DNA of 64,000 nucleotides from Candidatus Hydrogenedentota bacterium (GCA_045863295.1 BTWA01000028.1:1-64000); one strand, 5' to 3'; positions 43,176-52,867 are shown, numbered from the stretch's first letter. The notes: generated from the letters alone by a model not told the origin. Numbers and translations are program-made.

Positions 43176-43884
43176 TACCTTTGATCACCGCTCTCAGTGA
43201 GTTCAAAATTAACTTGGTGATGGCAATTTTTTGGGCTGGTGAACCTGCCGCGAGCCTCTGATTGACTTCTAGTTCAATGCCGAGATAGCGTGCGGCCGAA
43301 TATCGTCTCCTTAAGTGCGTAGTGAATCCGTCGGAAACACCCCGGTAGGGCGCATTCCGCCGCACCACGTACTCCGGTGCGATATCGTGAATCAAGCATT
43401 GCCACCGGTGGCAAAGCGCCTTCTCCCCCGGCCGCTTTGGATCGTATAACAAGCCGACGTCCATCCGTCTGACTTGCCCGTGAAGGACGGGCGTAAATGT
43501 ATGTACGGAGACATGCAAGACCCGGTCGTGATTAGTTAGCAGTCCTTCAATCTTCCTTTCGACTTCAGTCCGATACGGCATATAGTACGTCGAGAGAATC
43601 GACTCTCGAACGGCATCCGGCGCATTCTTTGTGATGTCTGAGAACAAGGAGGGATTTCCGGGAGACCGGTTGAGTTCCACTAGCAAGCGAGTAATCGTGG
43701 AAAAAAGCAGTGGTGCATTCAGTTCTTTGGCGAGACAGCGTGCCAGAGGCAGCGCGCCGGGATCGTAACCCCGATGGCTCTCCAGGCGATTATTATGTCC
43801 TTTGAAGATCGCCAGGTACTGCTTTGGTACCCGGTTGCCTCCATGTTCACACGTGAACAGGAGTGCCGTGGAGCGCGCCATCAA
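43165..43884 (-). CDS. N-formylglutamate amidohydrolase-family metallohydrolase
   Basis: TCEHGGN, HRGYDPGA, RLLVELNRS, SVHTFTP, IELEVNQ. Confidence 0.88.
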   Translation of the reverse strand: MMARSTALLFTCEHGGNRVPKQYLAIFKGHNNRLESHRGYDPGALPLARCLAKELNAPLLFSTITRLLVELNRSPGNPSLFSDITKNAPDAVRESILSTYYMPYRTEVERKIEGLLTNHDRVLHVSVHTFTPVLHGQVRRMDVGLLYDPKRPGEKALCHRWQCLIHDIAPEYVVRRNAPYRGVSDGFTTHLRRRYSAARYLGIELEVNQRLAAGSPAQKIAITKLILNSLRAVIKGTTP

Positions 43885-45118
43885 ACTGTTCTCCGCGTTG
43901 CAGACATTCGCACAAGGAGCGGTACACGTTCTTCAGATTTGCAACATTCACGTTGCCGCCGACGGCGCGCACGATGCGCCGGGAAAGCGTGCCATGGCGA
44001 AGAATATGGTTTACCGGCCCGAGTAGTCTTACTTCATCGTCAGAGCACTTTGGAACCAGGTTCTTATAGATGTGACTCCACAGTTCACCCGCCGTAGCGC
44101 TTTGCCCGTTGAAGCCGAACGCGTTGAGGTATTCGCGATTGTCTATCGGCGCATCTTCGGCCGTCCGAACGGTATCGCGCAGAATTTCCGCCAACGGAGG
44201 TACGGCCCACTTTTTTTGTTCGTCCCAACCGCACCAGTCCTCTTCCACTAACGCCCTAATTGTCTTAGTAACCAACATCACAATGGCAATATCCGCGGCG
44301 GGGCATTCCTGGACGTCCAGGAGGCGCACCTCAATGGTGTCTCTTTCGAAACGTGCAATGGCTCCGCGAGCATTGAGCCATTCATCCTGCAAAACGGCAT
44401 CAGGATCAAGCGGAGCAATTTCACGGTACAACGGCTGCAAGATATTCCGTTCATATTCGTCTGGCGTGAAAACGGGTTCCGGTATGACGTCGCCGGTGAC
44501 CATGGGCACCTTGGCACAGTTTGTTCGATATACTTCCAGCCGGTAATCCATGGGGCCCGCTAGTTTGGCGTCGGCAAACGGGGAACTGGCGGCTATAGCG
44601 GGCAGGAGGGGCAGGACTAGCCGAATCGCGGCATGCAGGCGGCCAAATTCCTCGTCGCCGCAAAACGGCAAATTGATGTGCGCGCTCTGCAGATTGGCCC
44701 ATCCGTGTCCCTTGCAATCGAATATGCGGTTGAAGGCATCGTAAATGGGCGAGTTTTCATGAGGCCAGAGCCTCATTTCGGCGTGCGGATCCATCCACGG
44801 GTGCATGGCGGTGGGCATCAGTCGCCCGCGCATTGGATTCAGAATGCGGTTTACGTCTCGTACGTGTTGGTCGAAATGGGTCGAAAGGCCCGCAAGCGAC
44901 GCAGCCGGCCCGTTTGTTTTGAATTCGATGACGTGCAGGGTCAACTCATTTGACCAATTCAGCAGTCCGCGGTCAACTTCGTTAACGTACGAGCCGGCGA
45001 CTGCTTTGATGACTTCGTCGCATGCGGGAAAGGTATTCAGCGAGTCCTCGCGGACGATCATGTATTCAAGTTCCACGCCAAACCCTTCGAACAAATGCAG
45101 GGGGGAATTTGGTGTCAT
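43847..45118 (-). CDS. glutamate-cysteine ligase family 2 (GCS2-type carboxylate-amine ligase)
   Basis: GVELEY, HVIEFKT, MHPW, QSAHINLP, ASSPF, RGAIARF..IEVRLLD. Confidence 0.88.
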   Translation of the reverse strand: MTPNSPLHLFEGFGVELEYMIVREDSLNTFPACDEVIKAVAGSYVNEVDRGLLNWSNELTLHVIEFKTNGPAASLAGLSTHFDQHVRDVNRILNPMRGRLMPTAMHPWMDPHAEMRLWPHENSPIYDAFNRIFDCKGHGWANLQSAHINLPFCGDEEFGRLHAAIRLVLPLLPAIAASSPFADAKLAGPMDYRLEVYRTNCAKVPMVTGDVIPEPVFTPDEYERNILQPLYREIAPLDPDAVLQDEWLNARGAIARFERDTIEVRLLDVQECPAADIAIVMLVTKTIRALVEEDWCGWDEQKKWAVPPLAEILRDTVRTAEDAPIDNREYLNAFGFNGQSATAGELWSHIYKNLVPKCSDDEVRLLGPVNHILRHGTLSRRIVRAVGGNVNVANLKNVYRSLCECLQRGEQFDGALHGTPVHV

Positions 45119-46584
45119 TTGTGCGTGCCAGGCTCCTTCAGGGCTTCGATCCGGCTCAGGAAGACGCCCATTATCTTGTTGTAGAGTTCGTCTTTCACAA
45201 GGCTGTCTTCCACCCCGGCATCAATGCTTGGATTATCGTTCACCTCGATTACACTCACCTGGTGCCGGTGCTCTTTCAAATCAACTCCGTAGAGTCCATC
45301 TCCGATGAGATTGGCGGCCTTGACGGCGGTCTTGATGACGGCAGACGGGGTTGCCTCGATGGGCACGCAATCATGCTCGCCGTAGGTAATGTTTCCACTT
45401 TGTTCCGTTTTCTGTATTTGCCAGTGTTTGCTTGCCATGTGATACCGGCACACGTATAGCGGCTCGCGGTTAAGTACACCGACGCGCCAATCAAACGTGG
45501 TGGGCATAAACTCTTGTGCGATGATCAATTCGGACCTGTCCAGCAAGCGTTCGCATTCGCTTAGAAGCGTCTCGCGATCGTTCACCTTGATGACACCTTG
45601 GGAAAAAAAGCTGTCCGGTTGTTTCAAGATGCAGGGCAGTCCAATAAGGTCGTGCAAATCTTCGTAATTATCGCGGTGAACAATGACGGTTTTTGGGGTG
45701 CGAATGTTGTTCTTGCCGAGCAACTCGGCCAGATACACTTTGTTGCTGCAGCGCAGAATGGATTCAGGGTCGTCGATGACGACTAGTCCGTCGGCCGCCG
45801 CCCTTTGCGCAAACCGGAAGGTATGGTGATTGACCTGGGTCGTCTCCCGGATGAAGAGAGCATCGAACTCGGCGAGCCGGCCGTAGTCTTCCTTTTCGAT
45901 GAACTCTGGCTCCATGCCAAGCGCTTTCGCGGCGCGTTCGAACTTCCGCAAGGCGCGCTCATTGGACGGCGGCATTTTCTCTTCCGGATTGTGCAAGATG
46001 GCGATGTCGTATCGTGCAGTCGGCTTTTTCCGCACGGCAAACCGGGGACGCGAGAAATAGACCTTAGCTGCTTCCAGCACGAATTCCCAATGCTCGTCGG
46101 GAATGTCCTTTGCTCCAATTGGGGCTATCCGCTGCAACTCCCACTGTTCTTCAAAGGTGAAATGAGCCCGCATCAGGGGCACATGAAACGCGTTCATGAG
46201 TGCTTTGCACAGTTTGTCGTACCTTCGGGCCATATTCTGGCCGAAATAGATGCTTAGGGTGAATTCCTTTGATTGCAGCGGCCGAAGGCAGTGCTGCATC
46301 ATCTCTTCCAGGTCTTCGGATGCGTAGCGCAGCAGCGTGACGGACTTCATGTCTTGAATCGTGGTCACGGCAGGGACGGGCCGGTGTCCGCGCGCGGCGG
46401 CAATCAGTGAAACATAATAGCCGAGACTCTGATACCGATACGACCGGCAGAGATTGAATACCAGCATGCCGCGGTCGCCGCTATATTCCTGGCTGGTAAC
46501 ATAGGTCCGGGCATCCACTACATCGACCCCGGGAAAATGGAGTGGCCAATGCTTGGTGTTGTCAACGATAATGAGCGCTTGCAT
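45115..46584 (-). CDS. RimK-like ATP-grasp ligase with N-terminal RLAN domain
   Basis: NLCRSYRYQSLGYYVSLIAAARGH (RLAN); NKVYL, ILKQPDS, QEFMPTTFDWRVGV, YGVDLK, IEVNDNPS. Confidence 0.9.
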   Translation of the reverse strand: MQALIIVDNTKHWPLHFPGVDVVDARTYVTSQEYSGDRGMLVFNLCRSYRYQSLGYYVSLIAAARGHRPVPAVTTIQDMKSVTLLRYASEDLEEMMQHCLRPLQSKEFTLSIYFGQNMARRYDKLCKALMNAFHVPLMRAHFTFEEQWELQRIAPIGAKDIPDEHWEFVLEAAKVYFSRPRFAVRKKPTARYDIAILHNPEEKMPPSNERALRKFERAAKALGMEPEFIEKEDYGRLAEFDALFIRETTQVNHHTFRFAQRAAADGLVVIDDPESILRCSNKVYLAELLGKNNIRTPKTVIVHRDNYEDLHDLIGLPCILKQPDSFFSQGVIKVNDRETLLSECERLLDRSELIIAQEFMPTTFDWRVGVLNREPLYVCRYHMASKHWQIQKTEQSGNITYGEHDCVPIEATPSAVIKTAVKAANLIGDGLYGVDLKEHRHQVSVIEVNDNPSIDAGVEDSLVKDELYNKIMGVFLSRIEALKEPGTHK

Positions 46585-47305
46585 GGCTTGGGGAGCGATC
46601 TCCGTCTTTCGGCTGGAGGACGAGCAGATTGGCGTCGTAGGTCAGAACGCCCAGGAGGATGGAACAGATCAGCCGGTCCATATTGACTTTGTAGAATTGG
46701 GTATCGGAGACCGGATTGGGGTCCTGCGGGTCGGCCACGAGCACTTCCCGATCTTCCTTGTCGTATCCACAGAGCACCACAAAATGGCCCTGCGGCTCGC
46801 CGCGTACATCGTCGAAATCGTCGTTGGGACCCCACTCTCGGGCGGTTCGGTACAGGTAGGTGGAACTCAACCCAGTGAGTATGGGAACGCCGCGCTTCAA
46901 GTACCGGCGAATGAGTGACGGGGTAAGGTCTTGCAACCCCAGCCTACCGCCGGCGTCAAGGTATTTCAGATAGGCTTGCGTAGCCACGTGGAACCGCTTT
47001 CCGGACTTGTTTTTGGCTTGGGCGCGTAGCTTGTCGGCCAAATCGGTGCCGGGAACGTCAAACCATGTAGGGTCGAACATTTGCAGGTTGAAAGTATAGA
47101 TTTTCGCGTCATATCCTCGCTGCAGGGCCTGCCCAGCCAGCATTACGGCCAATGTACCGCCATTTTCGAGCCGGGGCGTGGCATCGATAACCTCTTCCAG
47201 AGAATACGTGTCGCCGTAGTAATTGTAGACGGCATGCAGACACGTGGGTCCGCAGGTAAATTCGTCGGGTTGGGCCAATATGCCTAATTGAAGCCGGGCG
47301 TCCAT
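46562..47305 (-). CDS. peptidase C39-like (papain-fold) cysteine hydrolase, stand-alone
   Basis: QPDEFTCGPTCL (Q/C), GHFVVLCGYD, VADP; GAAGGA RBS before ATG 47305. Confidence 0.85.
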   Translation of the reverse strand: MDARLQLGILAQPDEFTCGPTCLHAVYNYYGDTYSLEEVIDATPRLENGGTLAVMLAGQALQRGYDAKIYTFNLQMFDPTWFDVPGTDLADKLRAQAKNKSGKRFHVATQAYLKYLDAGGRLGLQDLTPSLIRRYLKRGVPILTGLSSTYLYRTAREWGPNDDFDDVRGEPQGHFVVLCGYDKEDREVLVADPQDPNPVSDTQFYKVNMDRLICSILLGVLTYDANLLVLQPKDGDRSPSHASAHYR

Positions 47306-47489
47306 GTGTCCTTCTTGGGGCGCGTACCAATCCCCCATCGGCCTGTCAACGCGCCTCTGTCCTTGATTATACAGGTTGTAAAGCGACCAGCGGTAGCGCA
47401 CGGCCCCCGGTGGAGAGGGGTTGGCAGACCTGTTCGCGTGATGTATAGTGGGGTATCGGGCAAGAAGCTTCAATTCCTGGGAGTCCATC

Positions 47490-49280
47490 ATGCGGATCAG
47501 AAATACTGTAGCGCTGTTCTTTGTCGTTGCGGCCTTGGTATGCAGTTCCGCCATAGCCGAAGTGAAGGTTGGCGATATTCCGGCCGAATTCCGATTTAAG
47601 GATATCCGGTATGTCGAGCGTTCGTTGAGTGAGTTGGGCGAGTCGAAAGCCATAGTGGTGATGGCTTCCTCAACCACCTGCCCGGTGGCTCAACGCTACT
47701 TGCCGGTTTTTCAGGCGTTGTCGGATCAATTCGGACATGAGGCCACGTTTGTCCTCATAAATGTCAGCGCTGATGACTCCATCATGGATATGGCTCAACA
47801 GGCCATTGACTATAATCTCACGGTAACGCTGGCGAAAGACATAGACGGCACCGCTGTGAAAGCGCTTGGGCTGACTCGAACGCCGGAGGTGGTGGTTTTG
47901 GACAGCGAAAGGCGCGTTCGATACCGCGGGCGTGTAGACGGTCAACACCGGGTTAGTGGAGTGAGTCCGGATTCGGGTCGTGCAGACCTTGCCTTGGCGT
48001 TGGAACAGGTATTGACAGGAAAGACGGTCGAAGTCACAGAGACACCGGTTGACGGCTGCGTAATATCTGAACCAGTGACGACGGCGGAAAAGGCTTACAC
48101 GTATACGAGAGACGTTGCACCGATCTTGGACGCCCATTGTGTGAAATGTCACCGGGTCGATGGCGGGGCTCCATTTTCATTGCAAACCTATTCGCGCGCG
48201 GCCGCTATGGCAGACATGATTGCGGAAGTCATTACTGAGGAGCGTATGCCACCGTGGTACGCGCATTCCGCGCACGGAACGTTTGTGAATGCGCCGTCCA
48301 TTTCGGACAGTGACCGGCGAATTGTGGCCGGGTGGGCTCGCGGCGGAAAGATTGAAGGCGAGGCCGAAGACCGGCCGGAAGCGCCGGTGTTTGCGGACTC
48401 CAAATGGCGCATTGGAGAACCGGATCTGGTGATCACCGCGAAGGATGAAATGCAGATTCCGGCAACGGGCTACATCAAGTACCAGTACATTCCGATGCCG
48501 TATGTATTTCCGCACGACACGTGGATTCAGGGTCTGGAGATCAGGCCCGAGAACGCAACGGTGCTTCACCACTGCAACATGATCTATATGCTGCCGGGCC
48601 AAGAGTATAGCCAAGAGACTCAATTCCTTACGGGATACGTACCGGGGGGTGCACCCGTGGATTTGGACAAGAACCGGGCAATGATGATACCCAAAGGTGC
48701 GACGCTGGTTCTCCAAGCCCATTACGTGACTACCGGCAAAGAAGAAAGGGACCGTGTCTCCATTGGTATCCGGTTCGCAAAAGAGCCGGTGGAGAAAAGA
48801 GTCTATTATAAAATCATTAACAACGATTCATTTGCGATTCCAGCGGGCGATCCATTTTATTGCGTAACAGCCGAGGATTCGATGGAGGAGGACAGTACGG
48901 GCATCGCGATGTTTTCACACATGCACCTGCGCGGACGGGACATGCTGTTCAATGCGCACTTCCCTGACGGCAAGAAGGAAACGTTGCTGAGTATTCCCAA
49001 CTATGACTTTAATTGGCAGCTGTCGTATGTGTGGGAACCTTTCACGAAGAAGTTTCCCAAAGGCACGCGCATCGAAGTGATTGCACACTACGACAACTCT
49101 TCGTTCAATCCGTACAATCCAGATCCTTCCGCGGTGGTCAAGGATGGCCCTCAAACCTTTGAAGAAATGATGTACGGGTTCTTCTTCTACACCCGGGATG
49201 GCGAAAACCTCAATCTGGCCGTGAATCCGGAAACTGGCGAAAGCATGGGTGAAAAAGTGGCGGCTGCCGTGGCGCCGTAA
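47490..49280 (+). CDS. secreted redoxin + c-type heme + copper type II monooxygenase-like fusion
   Basis: Signal peptide; TCPVA..RTPEV..YRGRVD..GC redoxin; CVKCH..MPPW; LHH, QAHY, SHMH, EEMM. Confidence 0.82.
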   Translation: MRIRNTVALFFVVAALVCSSAIAEVKVGDIPAEFRFKDIRYVERSLSELGESKAIVVMASSTTCPVAQRYLPVFQALSDQFGHEATFVLINVSADDSIMDMAQQAIDYNLTVTLAKDIDGTAVKALGLTRTPEVVVLDSERRVRYRGRVDGQHRVSGVSPDSGRADLALALEQVLTGKTVEVTETPVDGCVISEPVTTAEKAYTYTRDVAPILDAHCVKCHRVDGGAPFSLQTYSRAAAMADMIAEVITEERMPPWYAHSAHGTFVNAPSISDSDRRIVAGWARGGKIEGEAEDRPEAPVFADSKWRIGEPDLVITAKDEMQIPATGYIKYQYIPMPYVFPHDTWIQGLEIRPENATVLHHCNMIYMLPGQEYSQETQFLTGYVPGGAPVDLDKNRAMMIPKGATLVLQAHYVTTGKEERDRVSIGIRFAKEPVEKRVYYKIINNDSFAIPAGDPFYCVTAEDSMEEDSTGIAMFSHMHLRGRDMLFNAHFPDGKKETLLSIPNYDFNWQLSYVWEPFTKKFPKGTRIEVIAHYDNSSFNPYNPDPSAVVKDGPQTFEEMMYGFFFYTRDGENLNLAVNPETGESMGEKVAAAVAP

Positions 49281-49356
49281 TCCAATATGCATACGCTTGT
49301 ATAGAGATGAACGGTCATGGTGCCGTTCATCTCTGTTTTTTAAGGGGACTGCATGG

Positions 49357-49803
49357 ATGACCTTCCAAATAAGACCATTCATGGATTCGGATACTGATGC
49401 TGTAGTGGATCTCTGGCGGGCATGCGGGCTAACTGTAGCGTGGAATGATCCGTACAAGGATATTTTGCGGAAGCGGCATGTGGGGCCGGAGTTCTTTCTC
49501 GTGGCGGAAGCGACCCACCGTATCGTTGGAACAGTCATGGGTGGTTACGACGGCCACCGAGGAAACGTAAACTACTTGGGAGTTCTCCCGGATGTCAGGG
49601 GCGACGGGGTGGGCCGACAACTCATGGATGCCGTTGAAGTGCTGCTAATGGCGGCCGGATGTCCAAAGATAAACTTGTGCGTACGTGCCACAAACATAGG
49701 CGCCATCGGATTTTATGAGACACTTGGCTATTCGCGCGATTCGGTGGTCTTGCTTGGAAAGCGACTAATTCCGGACATTCTGGACGTCCCATCGGGAATT
49801 TGA
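49357..49803 (+). CDS. GNAT acetyltransferase (YpeA-like)
   Basis: WNDPYKDI, MGGYDGHRG, RGDGVGR, GCPKINL, GFYETLGY. Confidence 0.88.
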   Translation: MTFQIRPFMDSDTDAVVDLWRACGLTVAWNDPYKDILRKRHVGPEFFLVAEATHRIVGTVMGGYDGHRGNVNYLGVLPDVRGDGVGRQLMDAVEVLLMAAGCPKINLCVRATNIGAIGFYETLGYSRDSVVLLGKRLIPDILDVPSGI

Positions 49804-49829
49804 CACGGATCGCCCGCAACCGCCATAAT
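49800..49829 (+). promoter_or_regulatory. sigma70-like promoter for rpmG
   Basis: TTGACA-N18-CATAAT. Confidence 0.6.
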
Positions 49830-49887
49830 ACCGCCTCTTGTTGACAAGGATTTTGCGCAATACGTCCGCTTAACGGAGTTATGAACG

Positions 49888-50058
49888 ATGGCGAAGAACA
49901 AAGGGAACGTCGTGCAGGTGATTCTGGAGTGCACCGAAGCACCCGGCACCTCGCGATATTACACAACCAAAAACGTGCGGAACACGACCGGCCGCATTGA
50001 GAGGAAAAAGTATAATCCCTCGTTGCGCAAGCACACCGTGCACCGCGAAAAGAAGTAA
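49888..50058 (+). CDS. rpmG: 50S ribosomal protein L33 (not in ORF track)
   Basis: Hand translation [56 protein letters not shown] (56 aa); GGAG RBS. Confidence 0.95.
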   Translation: MAKNKGNVVQVILECTEAPGTSRYYTTKNVRNTTGRIERKKYNPSLRKHTVHREKK

Positions 50059-50079
50059 CTTCAGCAACGAATACATTGC

Positions 50080-50118
50080 CGCGCCCGCTGGTAAATTCCG
50101 GTGGGCGCGATTTTCTTT
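50080..50118 (+). terminator. intrinsic terminator after rpmG
   Basis: CGCGCCCGCTGG/CCGGTGGGCGCG stem (two G-U) followed by ATTTTCTTT. Confidence 0.8.
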
Positions 50119-50156
50119 ACGTTTCGTTTGGGTCCGGCGACCAGACAAGCAGGCCG

Positions 50157-51554
50157 TTACTGGCCCGGCCTTTGGTGCGTATCGACTATTGCATCCATCC
50201 ATTGTGAAAGTCTTCCTCGCAACTCGGTGACCACCGCCACGTTAGCTGGATCGCTTATCACGTTCTTCAGTTCGAACGGATCGTCAAGCTGATCGAACAG
50301 CGCTTCTTCGTTTGTGTCGGTCAGGACGTATTTCCACCGGTCGCCACGAATCATACGGTGACCCATACCTACCGTGGCACCCACGCCGGTACATTCGCTG
50401 AAGACGTAGTCGCGAACTGTCGCATTTGGATTCGCAAAGACCGGAGTGAGCGAACGGCCTTGAATGTGATCGGGAAGGCGAATCCCCGCGAGATCCAGGA
50501 GCGTAGGATAGATATCCAGGCTGGAAACGAGGGCTTTGCTTCGCGCACCTTCTTTGACCACGCCAGGACCGTGAGCCAACATTGGCACACGCACCGATTC
50601 TTCATGCATGGTGATCTTATTACCGAGGCCGTGATTACCCAGATGGTACCCGTTATCCGCCAGGAACAGGATTACCGTATTTTCGTAGTGGCCCGAATCC
50701 TTCAGGTTGGAGATCAATTCGCCGATCTGGCGATCAAGGTGCGAAATAGTTGCGTAATAGGCACGGGTGAACTCGACAATCTGGTCCCTGGTGCGCGGCG
50801 GCCCTGAAGGGAGATCGTTATAGTTCTTCACGTACTCCGAATCGCGGTAGTACTGTTCACCCGGTTTGCCTTGGTTGTAGAGGCTGCCTTTCGGAGGCTT
50901 TTCCATAAAGTTTGGGTCCGGTTGGATGTTTGCCTCTTTATAGAGATCGAGAAATTCCTGTTCAGGCAGTAGCGGCACGTGAGGTTGATGAGGCGCGACC
51001 CACAACAGGAACGGAGACTCCTTCCCCTTTCGGCCTGCCAGAAATTGTGCCGCATCGGCGAACGTGGTCAGGTCGTTGTAGTCACCGTTCTCTTTGCCTT
51101 CAGTGAATCCATATTCCAACGGAGATTTCAAATGGGACTTGCCGCAGAAGCCGGTTACATAGCCGGCATCGGTAAGGTCGTGTGCGAACGTTCTGTATTT
51201 GCCTTGATCCACGACGTTGGTCAAAAATCCTGTTTGATCCAAGGCCACCGAGCCGTGCTGCTGCGGGAAAAGACTGGTAAGAATGCTGGAGCGGCTGGCC
51301 ACGCAAATAGGCGACGCAACATAGGCATGTTCGAATATCGTGCCGCCGCTTGCGAGGCGATCAAGGTTCGGCGTTTGCACGATGGGGTTGTTGTACCCAA
51401 TTGCGCGGTACACCCAGTCGTCGGCAAAAATCACAAGCAAGTTTGGCCGTCGTGATTGCTGCGCGTAGCCGGCTTCGCCCGACGGAGCTAGCAAGGCAAG
51501 GGTTCCCGCGGCCGCGCATCGGAGAAACTGCCGTCGATTGGGTTGGTAGGTCAT
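50157..51554 (-). CDS. Tat-exported formylglycine-type sulfatase
   Basis: NRRQFL Tat signal; PNLLVIFADD, CVASRSSILT, GKSH, PHVP, ADNG, NK..HEESVRVP. Confidence 0.93.
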   Translation of the reverse strand: MTYQPNRRQFLRCAAAGTLALLAPSGEAGYAQQSRRPNLLVIFADDWVYRAIGYNNPIVQTPNLDRLASGGTIFEHAYVASPICVASRSSILTSLFPQQHGSVALDQTGFLTNVVDQGKYRTFAHDLTDAGYVTGFCGKSHLKSPLEYGFTEGKENGDYNDLTTFADAAQFLAGRKGKESPFLLWVAPHQPHVPLLPEQEFLDLYKEANIQPDPNFMEKPPKGSLYNQGKPGEQYYRDSEYVKNYNDLPSGPPRTRDQIVEFTRAYYATISHLDRQIGELISNLKDSGHYENTVILFLADNGYHLGNHGLGNKITMHEESVRVPMLAHGPGVVKEGARSKALVSSLDIYPTLLDLAGIRLPDHIQGRSLTPVFANPNATVRDYVFSECTGVGATVGMGHRMIRGDRWKYVLTDTNEEALFDQLDDPFELKNVISDPANVAVVTELRGRLSQWMDAIVDTHQRPGQ

Positions 51555-51835
51555 GTTTCTACCCTTTTGTTTGGTTCGTGTTGGAACTTGCCAATTGATT
51601 TCCGCCCGAGTATGCATCGTATCGTAGGGGTTGAAGAATGCGAATCGCAACATCTTTACCGGTTTCACGGCAAGTATACCAACACAATGGCCTTGTAAAA
51701 TGCGAGCTTTGGAAAGACACCAGACGACGGATCATTCGACAAATTATCGTTCTTGGAGCATGGTTCCCATGTGGCTCCCGTTGCGGCGGTCACGGATGTG
51801 GTGGAGGCACTTGCGAAGTCGACGACTGACTTGCC

Positions 51836-52867
51836 TCAAATCTCCAATACGATCTTGCCGAATTGTTCTCCGTTTTCCATGCGCATAGTGGCTATGCGAA
51901 CATCCGCATGAGCAAAGGCGGTGTCTACCACCGGCTTGAGTTTGGACATATGCACAGTGTCCAGCATCTGGCGGAAATCTTCTTGCGTTCCCATGGTAGA
52001 ACCCATAACGGTCACGTGGTTCCAATACAAAGCGGAGATGCTGACCTGTGCAGAGGCGCCGCTAGTGACACCGCAATGCACAATGCGGCCGCCTCGCCGG
52101 ACCGTATCGAAATTGATTTGCCAGGTGGCCGCGCCAGTAGTGTCAAAGGCGACGTCCACTCCGCGACCGCCGGTGATGTCCTTGACAGCCAAGGCGACGT
52201 CTGGGTTGGCGGAGTAGTTGATGGCGTGATCCGCGCCCAGTTCGCGTGCACGTCTCAATTTTTCGTCGGACGATGATGTGACGATGACTTCCGCTTGAAT
52301 CAGCTTGGCGAGTTGAAGAGCGGCCAGCGCAACGCCTCCTCCGATGCCGTGAATGAGAATGCGTTCTCCGGGCTTCGTCTTTGCGCGGGAAAACAGCATT
52401 CTCCATGCGGTAATGTGCGCAAGAGGTAGTGCGGCCGCCTCCGCCGGAGTCAGATGAGACGGTTTGGACATGATGTTCGCGGCGGGAAGCGCTACCTTCT
52501 CGGCAAAAGTACCGGGGCGGCTCATGCCCACGATGCCGAAGTACAGGCATTCACTGTGTTCACCCCTCCGGCAAAACTCGCATGTTCCGCAACTCAAACC
52601 CGGATTGATGACGACTTCCGTGCCCTCCTTGATGTCCTTCACGTGGCGGCCTACGGCAGAAACAATGCCGGCGGCATCGGATCCGAGTACGTGGGGAAAC
52701 ATCAGTTCAAGACCGGGCCGGCCTCGTCTCACCCAAATGTCGAGGTGGTTCAATGCGGCTGCCTTGACATCAACGACGACTTCATCGACGTCGGGTTTGG
52801 GATCGGCAACTTCTTCAATATGGATGTGTTCGATTCCACCATTCTGATTGATTACAGCGGCTTTCAT
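51836..52867 (-). CDS. zinc-binding MDR oxidoreductase (alcohol dehydrogenase/quinone reductase-like)
   Basis: ALNHLD, GSDAAG, CGTCEFC..C structural Zn site, GIGGGV, GKIVL. Confidence 0.9.
   Translation of the reverse strand: MKAAVINQNGGIEHIHIEEVADPKPDVDEVVVDVKAAALNHLDIWVRRGRPGLELMFPHVLGSDAAGIVSAVGRHVKDIKEGTEVVINPGLSCGTCEFCRRGEHSECLYFGIVGMSRPGTFAEKVALPAANIMSKPSHLTPAEAAALPLAHITAWRMLFSRAKTKPGERILIHGIGGGVALAALQLAKLIQAEVIVTSSSDEKLRRARELGADHAINYSANPDVALAVKDITGGRGVDVAFDTTGAATWQINFDTVRRGGRIVHCGVTSGASAQVSISALYWNHVTVMGSTMGTQEDFRQMLDTVHMSKLKPVVDTAFAHADVRIATMRMENGEQFGKIVLEI

Noticed and set aside
47306..47677. N-terminal extension of the C39-like ORF (371 aa in track)
   Set aside because: Overlaps the divergent redoxin gene and promoter region; RBS and motifs support ATG 47305.
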